A DNA stretch of 46,832 nt from an uncultured Sulfurimonas sp. (GCA_964358925.1 CAYHRD010000001.1:1-46832); one strand, 5' to 3'; numbered from the stretch's first letter, positions 10,120 to 21,153 are shown. Made by a program: numbers and translations. Notes: a model not told the origin generated them from the letters alone.

Positions 10120-11820
10120 ATGGATTTTAAGGTACTTTTTTCACAATTAGTTGTTCTATATGATAAGCTAACTAAACAACAAAAGCTTATTATAGGTGCT
10201 GCTATTGTCGGTATCGTTGCATTTTTGATTTTTATGGTTGTTTATACGGCAAAAAAAGAAACAGCGAATAAGATGGAAGTGCTTTTTAATTCTTTAACTT
10301 CGGAAGATGCCGTAAAAGTTGTAGAGCAGTTAGAAAAAGATAATATACCATACGAAATATTAGATAATAATGTTATAAAAGTTCCTAAAAATGTAGTTTA
10401 TAAAGAACGAATAGCTATCGCCTCACTCGGAATTCCAAAAAAAAGCGGTGTCGGTTTTGAACTTTTTAATACTCAAGAGTTCGGTGCGACAAGCTTTGAT
10501 CAAAATGTGAAATATCTTAGAGCCATAGAGGGAGAACTCTCTCGTACAATTGACGCCCTTGCACCCATAGAGAGTGCCAGCGTAAGTTTGGCTTTGCCCA
10601 AAGATACGCTTTTTGTAGAAAAGCAGACGGCGCCTACTGCTTCTGTTATGCTTAAGCTGGTTGAGGGCGGAAAGCTCTCTTCAAAACAAATCAGAGGAAT
10701 AAAAAATCTCGTAGCCGCTGCGGTACCGAATCTAGTGCCGGCAAATGTTATGCTAATCGACAGCGACGGCGAAACATTGGGCGATGAGAATGAAATGGCT
10801 CAAATGAGCGAGTTGTCAGTCGTTCAACAAAATTTTAAAACAAAAGAAGAGAAGAAGAGACAGAAAAAAATTATAGATGTTATCTCTCCTTTTGTCGGCG
10901 GAGAGCAAAAAGTAGTTGCTCAGGTTACGGTAGAGTATGATTTTTCTATACAAAATTCGACTTCGGAAAAGTATGACCCTGAAAATGTCGTTAGGAGTGA
11001 GCAGGTTAGCGAAGAAAAAAGAGACGGAAAATCTCCGAGCGAAGTCGGCGGAGTTCCGGGAACGGTGAGCAATATAGGTCCGGTAGAGGGTCTCTCAAGT
11101 AATCAAACAAGCGAAAAATATGAAAAAAACAGCGGTACGACAAATTACGAGGTTGGAAAAACAGTATCAACAACAAAGAGTGAATTTGCCCGAATTAAAA
11201 GAATTACGGCTGCTGTCGTCGTAGACGGAAAGTATAAGAATAAACCTGATGCAGAGGGCAAACCGACGAGTGAGTTAGGGTATGAACCGCTTTCTGAGAG
11301 CGATTTGGAGGCACTGACGGCATTAGTTAGCCGTTCTATCGGTATTAGTGAAGAGAGAGGCGATCAGATAAGCGTTAAAAATTTACAATTTAAAACAGCT
11401 GATGTCAATATGGCAGAAGAAAGAGTTAATCAAGTCGTTACCTTTTCTAAAGCTTATTTGGAACCGTTTTCCGGACTCTTTAAATATATTTTTGTGCTTA
11501 TTCTTCTTCTTATTTTATACAAGAAAGTCATCTCTCCTTTTGCACAAAAAATGCTTGAAGTCTCTAAAGAAGAGGAAGAATTCAGCAAGCCGATTTTAGA
11601 TATAGGAAATGATGAAGATGAAGACTTGGTGGAAAAAGTTCAGTTAATGCGTAAAAAAGTTGAGGAGCAGCTAGGAGTCGGAGAGGGCTTTAATGAGGAT
11701 GAGCTTAAATATGATGTTCTTCTTGAAAAAGTACGAGCTATGATTGAAGATTCACCCGAAGCGGTAGCTCTTGTCTTGCAAGCTCTGGTAATAGAAGATA
11801 CTGATGCAACTTCTAAGTAA
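10120..11820 (+). CDS. fliF: Flagellar MS-ring protein
   Basis: GFELF..FGATSF, RAIEGELSRTI, GGVPGTVSN, TTNYEV, two TM helices. Confidence 0.96.
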   Translation: MDFKVLFSQLVVLYDKLTKQQKLIIGAAIVGIVAFLIFMVVYTAKKETANKMEVLFNSLTSEDAVKVVEQLEKDNIPYEILDNNVIKVPKNVVYKERIAIASLGIPKKSGVGFELFNTQEFGATSFDQNVKYLRAIEGELSRTIDALAPIESASVSLALPKDTLFVEKQTAPTASVMLKLVEGGKLSSKQIRGIKNLVAAAVPNLVPANVMLIDSDGETLGDENEMAQMSELSVVQQNFKTKEEKKRQKKIIDVISPFVGGEQKVVAQVTVEYDFSIQNSTSEKYDPENVVRSEQVSEEKRDGKSPSEVGGVPGTVSNIGPVEGLSSNQTSEKYEKNSGTTNYEVGKTVSTTKSEFARIKRITAAVVVDGKYKNKPDAEGKPTSELGYEPLSESDLEALTALVSRSIGISEERGDQISVKNLQFKTADVNMAEERVNQVVTFSKAYLEPFSGLFKYIFVLILLLILYKKVISPFAQKMLEVSKEEEEFSKPILDIGNDEDEDLVEKVQLMRKKVEEQLGVGEGFNEDELKYDVLLEKVRAMIEDSPEAVALVLQALVIEDTDATSK

Positions 11821-11833
11821 AAAAGGAATGTAA

Positions 11834-12862
11834 GTGAATTTAAGCGCAGCACAACAAGCAAGATTTGATGAAATGAGCATGGGAGAAAAGGTTGCAATTT
11901 TATTATTGCAGATGGGCGAAGATGCAACAGCTTCTATATTTTCAAATATGAGTGTTGATGCGATAACCGATGTTTCAAAATATATTGCTATGAATAAAAG
12001 TGTTGAAAAGGTAGTTGCGACAGCTGTACTTGAAGAGTTTTATGCGATTTTGCAATCCGGTCAGTTTATAACATCCGGCGGTATGGAGTATGCAAGAGAG
12101 CTTCTTTATAGAACACTTGGTCCCGAAGAGGCAAAAAAGATTTTGGAAAAACTCTCAAGAAGTATGCAAGAGAGTCAGAATTTCGCCTATCTTTCAAAAA
12201 TCAAGCCTCAACAACTTTCAGATTTTATTATTAATGAGCATCCTCAAACAATTGCACTTATTTTAGCGCATATGGATGCGTCGGAAGCTGCCGATACACT
12301 TCAATATTTTCCTGATGATTTAAGAAGCGAGGTCTCTATGAGAATGGCAAAATTGGGAGACATTTCTCCTTCTGTAATCAAGAGAGTCTCTGCAGTTCTT
12401 GAATCTAAGCTTGAATCTCTTGCTTCATACAAAGTTGAAGTGGGCGGTCCTCGCGCAGTTGCAGATATCTTTAATCGTCTTGGAGCAAAAGCTTCTAAAG
12501 AGACTCTTGCAAAAATTGAAGAGAGAGATGAAGAGATGTCAAATCTAATCAAAGAGATGATGTTTACATTTGAAGATATTGCAAAACTAGACAAAAATGC
12601 AATTGCTGAGATTCTTAAAGCCGTAGAAAAACCGGATTTGATGCTTGGACTAAAAAGTGCGCCTGAAGATCTTAAACAGAAATTCTTTAGCGCTATGAGT
12701 GAGAGAGCAAGAGAGTCGTTTGAAGAGGAAATGCAGTTTTTAGGTGCCGTTAAAATGAAAGAGGTAGAGGGCGCTCAAAGAAAAATTGTTGAGGTAGTAA
12801 ACGGTCTTGCTGAGACTGGAACTATTCAGTTGGGATCTTCATCGGAAGAGATGGTAGAGTAG
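11834..12862 (+). CDS. fliG: Flagellar motor switch protein
   Basis: KVAILLL, GGMEYA, EHPQTIALIL, MFTFED, EVEGAQRKI. Confidence 0.97.
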   Translation: MNLSAAQQARFDEMSMGEKVAILLLQMGEDATASIFSNMSVDAITDVSKYIAMNKSVEKVVATAVLEEFYAILQSGQFITSGGMEYARELLYRTLGPEEAKKILEKLSRSMQESQNFAYLSKIKPQQLSDFIINEHPQTIALILAHMDASEAADTLQYFPDDLRSEVSMRMAKLGDISPSVIKRVSAVLESKLESLASYKVEVGGPRAVADIFNRLGAKASKETLAKIEERDEEMSNLIKEMMFTFEDIAKLDKNAIAEILKAVEKPDLMLGLKSAPEDLKQKFFSAMSERARESFEEEMQFLGAVKMKEVEGAQRKIVEVVNGLAETGTIQLGSSSEEMVE

Positions 12863-12863
12863 T

Positions 12864-13655
12864 TTGTCAAGTATAATTAGCAGCGAAAAAATTAAAAAGC
12901 ATAATGTTGATAAGTATAGTTTTAAGGTTTTAGCTCTCGGCACGGAGTCTCAAGACGAGGTGCAGAGCGCATATACAGCAAAAAAATCTATTTTTGAAGT
13001 ACAGGAGCCTAAAATAGAGCGCGAAATTGATACAAGTGCAATAAGCCAAAATTCTAAAGACTCTTTGATTGAATCTCTGCTTAAAAAAACAGATGAGATG
13101 TCATCTAACTTTATAAAGCTTCAAATGAAACTAGAGAGTATGAGCGATGAGCATAAGATAGAACTGCAAAAAACAAAGGATGACTCTTATGCCATCGGAT
13201 TAGAAGCAGGCAAGGCACTCGCTCTTAAAGAAGAGGAAAAAAACAGTGCAAATGCTCTATTCCAATACTCTGCATCTGTTGCAAAGCTAGAAAAAAGTGC
13301 AAAAGATTATGAGAGCGCATTAGACGAGATAAAAAAAGAGTTAATCAGTGCTGCACTGGATATCTCCAAAGAAGTAATTAAAGTTGAACTTAGTGAAAAT
13401 TCAAATAAAGTAGCAGTGAGTTTAGCCACAGAGTTAATTAAAGAGCTGCAAAGCGCTTCAAAAGTGGTTTTAAAAGTAAATCCAAAAGATCACGGAGCAA
13501 TTTCGCAAGCTGTCGGTTCATTAGCTCATGTAGAAGTTATGTCGGATAGTGCCGTAAGTTTGGGCGGTGTTATTGCCACTAGTGATGCAGGTAATATTGA
13601 TGCACAGATATCAAAAAGATTTGAGAGAGTAAAGAGAGCGGCATTAAGTGAGTAA
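12864..13655 (+). CDS. fliH: Flagellar assembly protein
   Basis: GLEAGK GxxxG, LKVNPKD, SLGGVI..GNIDA; follows fliG. Confidence 0.9.
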   Translation: MSSIISSEKIKKHNVDKYSFKVLALGTESQDEVQSAYTAKKSIFEVQEPKIEREIDTSAISQNSKDSLIESLLKKTDEMSSNFIKLQMKLESMSDEHKIELQKTKDDSYAIGLEAGKALALKEEEKNSANALFQYSASVAKLEKSAKDYESALDEIKKELISAALDISKEVIKVELSENSNKVAVSLATELIKELQSASKVVLKVNPKDHGAISQAVGSLAHVEVMSDSAVSLGGVIATSDAGNIDAQISKRFERVKRAALSE

Positions 13656-13664
13656 AATAAATTT

Positions 13665-15485
13665 ATGAATATAACAAAAAGTACAATTAAAGAGTTGGAA
13701 AAGCTTTGCAAAGACATAAGAGAAGAGATACTAAGAGTAGTTAGCAAAAATGGCGGACACTTAAGTTCTACGCTTGGTGCAACAGAGATTATAGTAGCGA
13801 TGCACAAAGTATTTGACAGCAAAAAAGATCCTTTTATCTTTGATGTATCTCACCAGTCGTATGCGCATAAACTCATTACCGAAAGATGGAGCAAATTTGA
13901 CACGCTAAGACAATTCGGCGGTATATCCGGATATACAAAACCAAGCGAGAGCGAGCATGACTATTTTGTTGCAGGACATAGCTCAACTTCTATCTCTCTA
14001 GGTGTAGGTGCCGCAAAAGCAATAGCACTCAAAGGCGAACAGGATTCAAGGGTTCCCGTAATAATGATTGGTGATGGCTCTATGACGGCCGGTATGGTAT
14101 ATGAAGCTTTAAATGAGCTAGGTGAGAGAAAATATCCGATGGTGATTATACTTAATGATAATGAGATGAGTATATCAAAGCCAATCGGAGCAATCAGCAG
14201 AATGCTTAGTTCGGCTATGGCATCTCCATTTTATCAGACATTTAAAAGACACACCGAAAATTTTGTGGATAATTTTGGGGAAGGTGCCCACTATATTGCA
14301 AAAAGAATGGAAGAGTCTCTAAAGCTTATAACTCCAGGAATTATGTTTGAAGAGATGGGGATTGATTATATCGGACCTGTTGACGGACATAACTTGGCTT
14401 CATTGATTGAAATATTGCAAAAAGCAAAAGAGCTGAAAAAGCCTGTAATCGTGCATGTACAAACGCTTAAAGGCAAAGGTTACATAATTGCAGAGGGTAA
14501 AGAGGAGAAGTGGCACGGGGTAGGACCTTTTGACATAGGCAGCGGAAACGCATCTAAAAAAAGCTCTTCTAAAAGTGCTACTCAAATCTACTCGGAAGCC
14601 CTGCTTCATCTTGCTAAACAAAATGAAAAAATAGTAGGTGCAACGGCAGCTATGCCGAGCGGCACGGGGTTGAGCGAACTTATGGAACTTTATCCGACAA
14701 GATTTTGGGATGTGGCGATTGCCGAACAACATGCGGTAACCTCCATGGCGGCACTAGCAAAAGAGGGTTTTAAACCGTTTTGTACAATTTACTCTACATT
14801 CATGCAACGCGGATACGATCAGATAATACATGATACTTGTTTGATGGATTTGCCGGTTGTTTTTGCACTGGACCGTGCCGGAATAGTAGGAGAGGATGGA
14901 GAGACCCATCAAGGAGCTTTTGATATCAGTTTTTTAAGAGCAATTCCGAATATGACCCTTTTTGCTCCAAGAGACGAGAAATCTTTTCATCAGGCGATGG
15001 CATTTGCGGCCGAATATAAGCACCCGTGTTCTCTTAGATATCCGAGAGGGTCATTTATAGAGACAGATTTACCTGAGTCTATTCCTTTTGAGATTGCCAA
15101 ATCACAACTGCTTCGTTCAAACGACAGTGATATTTTATTTATCGGATATGGAAACGGGGTAGGGCGTGCATACCAGAGTGCAGAGTTTTTGGATGTTGAG
15201 GTAAATATTTTAGATTTGAGATTTGTAAAACCGCTTGATGAGGGTATGCTCCGTGAACTCTCTAAAAAACATAAAAAATGGTTTATATTTTCAGACAGTG
15301 CTAAAATGGGTGGGGTCGGTAGTGCTATTTTAGAGTTTTTAGCTAAAGAAAAAATCTTACATATTAGGCTAGAGAGTTTTGAATATGAGGATAGTTTTAT
15401 AGCGCACGGAAATACAAAACAGGTAGAAGAGTCGCTTGGACTTTTACCGGAGCAGTTGGCAAAAAGAGTAGAAACACTCATATAA
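13665..15485 (+). CDS. dxs: 1-deoxy-D-xylulose-5-phosphate synthase
   Basis: GGHLSSTLG, FDVSHQSY, GHSSTSIS, GDGSM..LNDNEMSI, IAEQHAVT, DRAGIVGEDGETHQG. Confidence 0.97.
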   Translation: MNITKSTIKELEKLCKDIREEILRVVSKNGGHLSSTLGATEIIVAMHKVFDSKKDPFIFDVSHQSYAHKLITERWSKFDTLRQFGGISGYTKPSESEHDYFVAGHSSTSISLGVGAAKAIALKGEQDSRVPVIMIGDGSMTAGMVYEALNELGERKYPMVIILNDNEMSISKPIGAISRMLSSAMASPFYQTFKRHTENFVDNFGEGAHYIAKRMEESLKLITPGIMFEEMGIDYIGPVDGHNLASLIEILQKAKELKKPVIVHVQTLKGKGYIIAEGKEEKWHGVGPFDIGSGNASKKSSSKSATQIYSEALLHLAKQNEKIVGATAAMPSGTGLSELMELYPTRFWDVAIAEQHAVTSMAALAKEGFKPFCTIYSTFMQRGYDQIIHDTCLMDLPVVFALDRAGIVGEDGETHQGAFDISFLRAIPNMTLFAPRDEKSFHQAMAFAAEYKHPCSLRYPRGSFIETDLPESIPFEIAKSQLLRSNDSDILFIGYGNGVGRAYQSAEFLDVEVNILDLRFVKPLDEGMLRELSKKHKKWFIFSDSAKMGGVGSAILEFLAKEKILHIRLESFEYEDSFIAHGNTKQVEESLGLLPEQLAKRVETLI

Positions 15486-15515
15486 GCACCATAATCAAAA
15501 AAAGAGAGTTTTTGT

Positions 15516-16616
15516 ATGTCTAATTTTCAAAATAAAATCTCTCAAGCAAAAGCCAAGCTTTTAATGAACTACCCGCTTTTTGGAACTATTGCTTCAAGAC
15601 TGGAACTTGTTAAAAATGATGATATACAAAGTTTTAAAAGTAACGGTATTAAGCTTGAGTACAACAGGGATTTTTTAGAAAAGTTAGAGCCAAGTCAGAT
15701 GGAGTTTGTTTTTGCAAACGGTGCGATGCATGCTTCGCTTGCTCATGAGGCTAGAAAAAATGGCAGAAGCGGATGGCTTTGGCAGCTTTCAACCGATTAT
15801 GCTATTAATGATATGTTGGTTGAAAACGGATTGGATAGACCGGATGAAGCCCACTACTCAGAAAGATTTAGCGGACTTTACGCTGAAGAGATTTACGAAG
15901 AGTTAAAAGAGGATATCTTGCGAGACGAACTCCGGTATGAAGAGGATAAAGAAGATGATACGGATTCTTCAAAAAATCCTGAAAAAACCGAGGATCTAAA
16001 TGAGCAGCTCTTTGGGGAATTTGCAAAAGCTACACTTGACGCAGAGATTAAAAACGGCGAAATCCCGATTTCAATAGGTAGGTTTTTTGCTCTTAAGTAT
16101 AACGGTAAAATTAATTGGAGAGATGAGCTAAAGGCTGCACTTGACAGATTCCATAAAGATGACTATACTCTTCTTCCGCCAAACAAAAAATTTCTACATA
16201 TGGGCATTTATCTGCCATCTTGCATAAGTCAAAGATTTAAACTTGTCGTGGCAGTTGACAGTTCCGGTTCAGTCGATGAGAAGCTTTTATTTAAGTTTTT
16301 GAGTGAGCTGAATTTTTTAACTAATACTATTTCAAACTATCAGATAGAGTTGCTTATTTGTGACGATAAGATTCAAACGCATAAAACTTTTTATAACGGT
16401 GATATCTTAGAAGCTGAAGTAAAAGGCGGGGGAGCTACTGACTTTAGAGCCGTTTTTGAATTTATAGAAAATGAGCTTGAAGATGTAAAATTACTTCTCT
16501 ATTTTACGGATTTAGACGGAATTTTTCCAAAAGATGAACCGAATTATGAAGTGAAATGGATATCTTCAAAAGAGAACAGAATTCCCTTTGGAGATATTAT
16601 AGTTTTAGAAGATTAG
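15516..16616 (+). CDS. VWA-like domain protein (DUF2201-type; metallopeptidase-like N-domain plus vWA)
   Basis: WQLSTDYAIN, AEEIY, INWRDEL, MIDAS DSSGS, GGGATDF, YFTD. Confidence 0.8.
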   Translation: MSNFQNKISQAKAKLLMNYPLFGTIASRLELVKNDDIQSFKSNGIKLEYNRDFLEKLEPSQMEFVFANGAMHASLAHEARKNGRSGWLWQLSTDYAINDMLVENGLDRPDEAHYSERFSGLYAEEIYEELKEDILRDELRYEEDKEDDTDSSKNPEKTEDLNEQLFGEFAKATLDAEIKNGEIPISIGRFFALKYNGKINWRDELKAALDRFHKDDYTLLPPNKKFLHMGIYLPSCISQRFKLVVAVDSSGSVDEKLLFKFLSELNFLTNTISNYQIELLICDDKIQTHKTFYNGDILEAEVKGGGATDFRAVFEFIENELEDVKLLLYFTDLDGIFPKDEPNYEVKWISSKENRIPFGDIIVLED

Positions 16617-17857
16617 TTGTGAAAAACTTGATTTCTGCCGTTTTGTTTAGCGTTATATAGCATCATATCAGCTTGATTTACACTCTCTTCAAGAGTATCT
16701 TCATGATTTATAGCAACACCGATAGAGATTGTAAATTTTATCTCTTCGCCTTTGTCTGAAACGGTAACTGAATTTTGCATTTTTTCTCGCAAGTTCTCAA
16801 GTACCTTTAACGCATTAACCGATAAACTATTTTTTATAACTACACAAAATTCATCTCCGCTGAATCTTGATACTATATCATTTTGGTTTGTGTTCGCCCT
16901 TAAAATATCTGCTAAAGTATTTATAGCTTTATCTCCCGCATCATGTCCATATGTATCATTTATTTTTTTAAAATGGTCAATATTTATCATAGCAATTGCA
17001 AAATGTTCATTTTCATTTATCGCTTTTTCAAAATAAGTTCGCATATTGTCAAAAAAGTATCTTCTGTTGTACAGTCCCGTTAAAAAGTCGCGGCTAGCAT
17101 GATTTGTTATGGCATATATGTTTTCTAAGGCTTCTATGGAGTTGTTTATACGACAAGAAAATTCCTCTTTTGAAAATGGTTTTTTGATATAATCGTTTGC
17201 ACCGTTTTTCAAAAATAGAGCCGTAGTCTCCTCATCATTGTCGCTTGAGACAACTATAATCGTCAAATCATTTTTAGTATAAGTTTTTCTAATTTCATGT
17301 GTCAGTTCAAGCCCGTTTAAAACAGGCATATGATAGTCGGTCAAAACCAAACTGATATCCGGAGTCGTATTAAGAATTCCCAATGCTTCCTCGCCATGCG
17401 CAACTGTTATAACTTTAAAAAACATATTTTCAAGCATACTTTGCATCTGTTTTCTAAAAATCACGGAGTCGTCCACTACTAAAATTTTATGATTTTGATT
17501 TTTTTGAACTCTTTTTATTGTTTGAATAATATAGTTTATATCGTTAACACCGCCTTTATTTACATAATCGATAATATTTTTTTTCAATATTTGAGCTCTA
17601 AAATCTTTATCTATATTTCCGCTAAGCACTATTGCATGATTTTTTTTCTCTAAAACATAATCCACGACTTCACCGTTTGGCGCATCGGGAAGATTGATGT
17701 CTAAAAGAGTTAGAAAGTAGCTATATCTGCTTAAAAACAGTTTGACCTCAGATAGACTATACGCCACATCCACCTCAAAATCAAGCTCAGTACTTATCTT
17801 TTTTGCTATTAATTTTGCTAAAGTTTTGTTATCTTCTACGACTAATATTCTCTGCAT
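16613..17857 (-). CDS. Response regulator with two REC domains and a degenerate GGDEF domain (CbrR-like)
   Basis: LVVEDN..LLDINLPD; LVVDDS..TDYHMP..KKPF; DFLTGLYNRR, NIDHFK, INDTYGHDAGD, RFSGDEF. Confidence 0.9.
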   Translation of the reverse strand: MQRILVVEDNKTLAKLIAKKISTELDFEVDVAYSLSEVKLFLSRYSYFLTLLDINLPDAPNGEVVDYVLEKKNHAIVLSGNIDKDFRAQILKKNIIDYVNKGGVNDINYIIQTIKRVQKNQNHKILVVDDSVIFRKQMQSMLENMFFKVITVAHGEEALGILNTTPDISLVLTDYHMPVLNGLELTHEIRKTYTKNDLTIIVVSSDNDEETTALFLKNGANDYIKKPFSKEEFSCRINNSIEALENIYAITNHASRDFLTGLYNRRYFFDNMRTYFEKAINENEHFAIAMINIDHFKKINDTYGHDAGDKAINTLADILRANTNQNDIVSRFSGDEFCVVIKNSLSVNALKVLENLREKMQNSVTVSDKGEEIKFTISIGVAINHEDTLEESVNQADMMLYNAKQNGRNQVFHN

Positions 17858-17905
17858 AATTTTATAAACATCCTTATTTTTTTTATGATTATAGTATAAT
17901 TTTTT

Positions 17906-19168
17906 ATGGATTATTTGAAAGATATTATTGAAAAATTAAAAGATAAAAAAAATGTTTTTTTAACCGGCGGTGCAGGTGTCGGAAAAACTACGATTACAAG
18001 AAATGTTATAAAACATTATGAAGATGAGGCAAAAAAAGTCGCAAAACTCGCCTCTACCGGAATGGCAGCTACGCTTATAGGCGGGCAGACTCTGCATAGC
18101 TTTTTAGACCTTGGAATTGCAGGTAATTTAAAAGAGTTGGAGCAAAAAGGTAAATTTGAGATTAGCAAAAAAGTTAAAAAGCTCATCTCCGGTATGGACT
18201 TAATAGTCATAGACGAGATTTCCATGGTAAGCGATACTCTATTTGATATGATAAGCCTTAGATTGCGACAAGCTGACTTTAAGGGCTCGCTTTTGGTAGT
18301 AGGTGATTTTTTACAGCTTCCTCCGGTTGTTAGAGGTTACTCGGAAGTTAGATTTGCATTTGAATCTCTCTCATGGGAAAAATTTCTCTTTGAGATTGTG
18401 GAGCTAACACATATTTACAGAACCGATGATAAAGATTTTATAGAACTTTTGGCACATATCAGAGACGGTTTTGTGGATGAAGAGGTGCATAACGACCTCA
18501 ATGAGTTTATAAAACCTCTGCCGCAGAATTTAAGCGAGTTTACTTTTTTGTTCGGTAAAAACAACTCGGCATCACTGCACAATAAAAATCAATTGGAGTT
18601 TGTGGATAAAGAGCTGCATGTAAAAGAAGCCCAAGTTATTAAACATCTAAAAAGTACCAAAGAGCTAGAGATAGAGCGGTTTATGGATGATGCGAGAATA
18701 GAAAAAGAGCTGGAGCTAAAAGTAGGCGTTAGAGTGCTTTTTACGAGAAACTCTTGGAACTATTTCAACGGTGAACGCGGAGTTGTCGTAAATGTAGAAA
18801 GTAGTTTTGTCTATGTGCAAAAGAGTGACGGTGTAATTGTAAAACTTGAGGCGGTAGCTCAGAGTAAAAGCGTGTGGAGCGAAAAAAGTGTTAAGGGTAA
18901 AAAAGAGATGGTAGAAGAGAGTCTCTTTAGCGTTTATCAGTACCCCATAAGATTGGCTTATGCTATAACTATCCATAAATCGCAGGGTATGTCCATTGAT
19001 GATTTGATTATAGAGACGAACGAAATCTTTGCACCTTCGCAGTTTTATGTGGCAATTTCAAGAAGTTCAAACCCTAAACGCCTAAATCTTATCGCTCCAA
19101 GAAAACAGTGGAGAGATATAGTTTTTGTAAATCAAAAAGCTTTATCGTTTGTAAAAAAAGAGGTGTAA
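17906..19168 (+). CDS. Pif1/RecD-like SF1B DNA helicase
   Basis: TGGAGVGKT, GGQTLHSF, IDEISM, GDFLQLPPV, NGERG, AYAITIHKSQG, YVAISR. Confidence 0.92.
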   Translation: MDYLKDIIEKLKDKKNVFLTGGAGVGKTTITRNVIKHYEDEAKKVAKLASTGMAATLIGGQTLHSFLDLGIAGNLKELEQKGKFEISKKVKKLISGMDLIVIDEISMVSDTLFDMISLRLRQADFKGSLLVVGDFLQLPPVVRGYSEVRFAFESLSWEKFLFEIVELTHIYRTDDKDFIELLAHIRDGFVDEEVHNDLNEFIKPLPQNLSEFTFLFGKNNSASLHNKNQLEFVDKELHVKEAQVIKHLKSTKELEIERFMDDARIEKELELKVGVRVLFTRNSWNYFNGERGVVVNVESSFVYVQKSDGVIVKLEAVAQSKSVWSEKSVKGKKEMVEESLFSVYQYPIRLAYAITIHKSQGMSIDDLIIETNEIFAPSQFYVAISRSSNPKRLNLIAPRKQWRDIVFVNQKALSFVKKEV

Positions 19169-19203
19169 CCCCCACCAAGATGTGAGAGTTAAATAGAAAA
19201 TTA

Positions 19204-19800
19204 TTATAGACTAGTTTCGTGTTTTGCTAAATATTCGGCAACACCGTCAGTGCTAGCTTTCATACCTTCATCGCCTTTTGCCCAGCCCGCAGGACAAACT
19301 TCGCCGTGCTCATCGGTAAAGTGCATAGCATCTACCATTCTTATCATCTCATCAATATTTCTTCCAAGCGGTAAGTCATTGATTACGGCGTGGCGAACTA
19401 TACCTTTAGCGTCAATCAAAAAAGAGCCGCGAAGTGCAACCGATTCGCCAAAAAGTACATCATAATCTTTAGATATTTTTTTGTTTAAGTCTGCAACTAA
19501 AGGAAAGTTAACTCTGCCGATACCGCCTTTGTTTACGGGAGTCTCTCTCCATGCAAAGTGTGAAAATTGGCTATCGACGGAAACACCGATAACATTTACG
19601 CCGCGGCTTTTAAACTCTTCTATTCTATGTGAAAAAGCAATAATTTCAGATGGACATACGAAAGTAAAGTCAAGTGGATAAAAAAACAGAACTGTACCTT
19701 TTTTGCCGAAATTTTCCGATAATTTGAAATTCTCTACTATCGAACCATCCGCTAAAACTGTTGTTGCCGTAAAATCTGGAGCAGGGTTTGTTACTAACAT
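19204..19800 (-). CDS. ahpC: 2-Cys peroxiredoxin (alkyl hydroperoxide reductase C)
   Basis: FFYPLDFTFVCPSE, SVDSQFSH, GRNIDE, GEVCPAGW. Confidence 0.97.
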   Translation of the reverse strand: MLVTNPAPDFTATTVLADGSIVENFKLSENFGKKGTVLFFYPLDFTFVCPSEIIAFSHRIEEFKSRGVNVIGVSVDSQFSHFAWRETPVNKGGIGRVNFPLVADLNKKISKDYDVLFGESVALRGSFLIDAKGIVRHAVINDLPLGRNIDEMIRMVDAMHFTDEHGEVCPAGWAKGDEGMKASTDGVAEYLAKHETSL

Positions 19801-19977
19801 ATAAAATCCTTAATTTTTTTATTAATTTGACATAATTCTAACAGAAATATATTAATTAAAATCTAACTATTTTTATCTACTGCATGAGTTAAGACAAAAT
19901 AAAACTTCGTAATTGATTTTTTGCTATACTTTTGACGATTTATAGAGCTAGACTCTGTATTTCAATAAGGAAAATCG

Positions 19978-21153
19978 ATGACAAAAGAAGCAAATGCTCC
20001 AAAAGAGTATATTTTTACTTCAGAGTCTGTAACAGAAGGGCATCCTGATAAGATGGCAGATCAAATCAGTGATGCAATTCTGGATTATATTATTGAACGA
20101 GATACTTTCGCACATGTTGCGTGCGAAACACTAGTATCAAATGGATTTTGTATAATAGCAGGCGAACTCAAAACTACTACATATGCACCGATGCAGGAGA
20201 TTGTCCGCAAGGTTGTTCAAGAGATTGGCTATACGGATGCAACTTACGGTTTTGACTACCGTTCCGCAGCAGTTTTAAATGCCGTCGGGGAGCAATCGCC
20301 CGATATCAATCAAGGAGTAAGCCTTGCAGGTGGAGAGATAGGAGCCGGTGATCAGGGTTTAATGTTCGGTTATGCATGTCGTGAAACGGATGTGCTTATG
20401 CCTCTTCCTATATATTTGGCTCACCGACTAACTCAAAGATTGGCAGAAGTTCGCAAAGAGGGAATTCTTCCGTATCTTCGTCCTGATGGCAAAGCACAAA
20501 TCAGTATTAAGTATGTAGGCGATAAACCTGTTTTTGTCGATACAGTAGTTGTGTCGACTCAACATGCTCCTGATGTTTCTCAAGATAAGATTCATAAAGA
20601 TGTTATTAGAGAGGTGATTAGACATGTTATCCCTGCATATATGATGGATGAGAGTACTAAATTTCACATAAATCCAACCGGAAAATTTGTAATAGGCGGT
20701 CCTCAAGGTGATGCGGGACTAACCGGTAGAAAGATTATAGTAGATACATATGGCGGAAGTTGTCCTCACGGCGGTGGCGCATTTAGCGGTAAAGACCCGA
20801 CTAAAGTAGATAGAAGTGCTGCTTATGCGGCAAGACATGTAGCTAAAAATCTAGTTGCATCAGGCGCGTGCGACAGAGTGACAATACAAGTTTCATATGC
20901 AATCGGTATTGTTCATCCTATCTCTATTATGGTAGATACGCATAAAACAGGTAAAGTAGATGAGAAGAAGATTGAAGAGTGTGTAAAAGAGTTATTTGAT
21001 TTATCTCCAAAAGGAATTATAAAATCTCTAGACCTTCTTCGTCCTATATATAGAAAAACAGCGGCATATGGTCATTTTGGAAGAGAAGATGATGATTTTA
21101 CTTGGGAAAAAACAGATAGAGTCCAAGAAATTAGAGATTACTTGAAAATTTAA
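19978..21153 (+). CDS. metK: S-adenosylmethionine synthetase
   Basis: [42 protein letters not shown]. Confidence 0.98.
   Translation: MTKEANAPKEYIFTSESVTEGHPDKMADQISDAILDYIIERDTFAHVACETLVSNGFCIIAGELKTTTYAPMQEIVRKVVQEIGYTDATYGFDYRSAAVLNAVGEQSPDINQGVSLAGGEIGAGDQGLMFGYACRETDVLMPLPIYLAHRLTQRLAEVRKEGILPYLRPDGKAQISIKYVGDKPVFVDTVVVSTQHAPDVSQDKIHKDVIREVIRHVIPAYMMDESTKFHINPTGKFVIGGPQGDAGLTGRKIIVDTYGGSCPHGGGAFSGKDPTKVDRSAAYAARHVAKNLVASGACDRVTIQVSYAIGIVHPISIMVDTHKTGKVDEKKIEECVKELFDLSPKGIIKSLDLLRPIYRKTAAYGHFGREDDDFTWEKTDRVQEIRDYLKI

Noticed and set aside
14990-15481. 163-aa antisense ORF and other shadow ORFs (e.g. 5068-5490, 8493-8834, 23338-23664, 29719-30081, 44213-44572)
   Set aside because: They lie opposite well-supported genes and have the composition typical of antisense frames.
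19920-19977. SAM riboswitch upstream of metK
   Set aside because: There is only a short leader with one small hairpin after a TGCTATACT -10, and no recognisable SAM aptamer; an Rfam scan would settle it.
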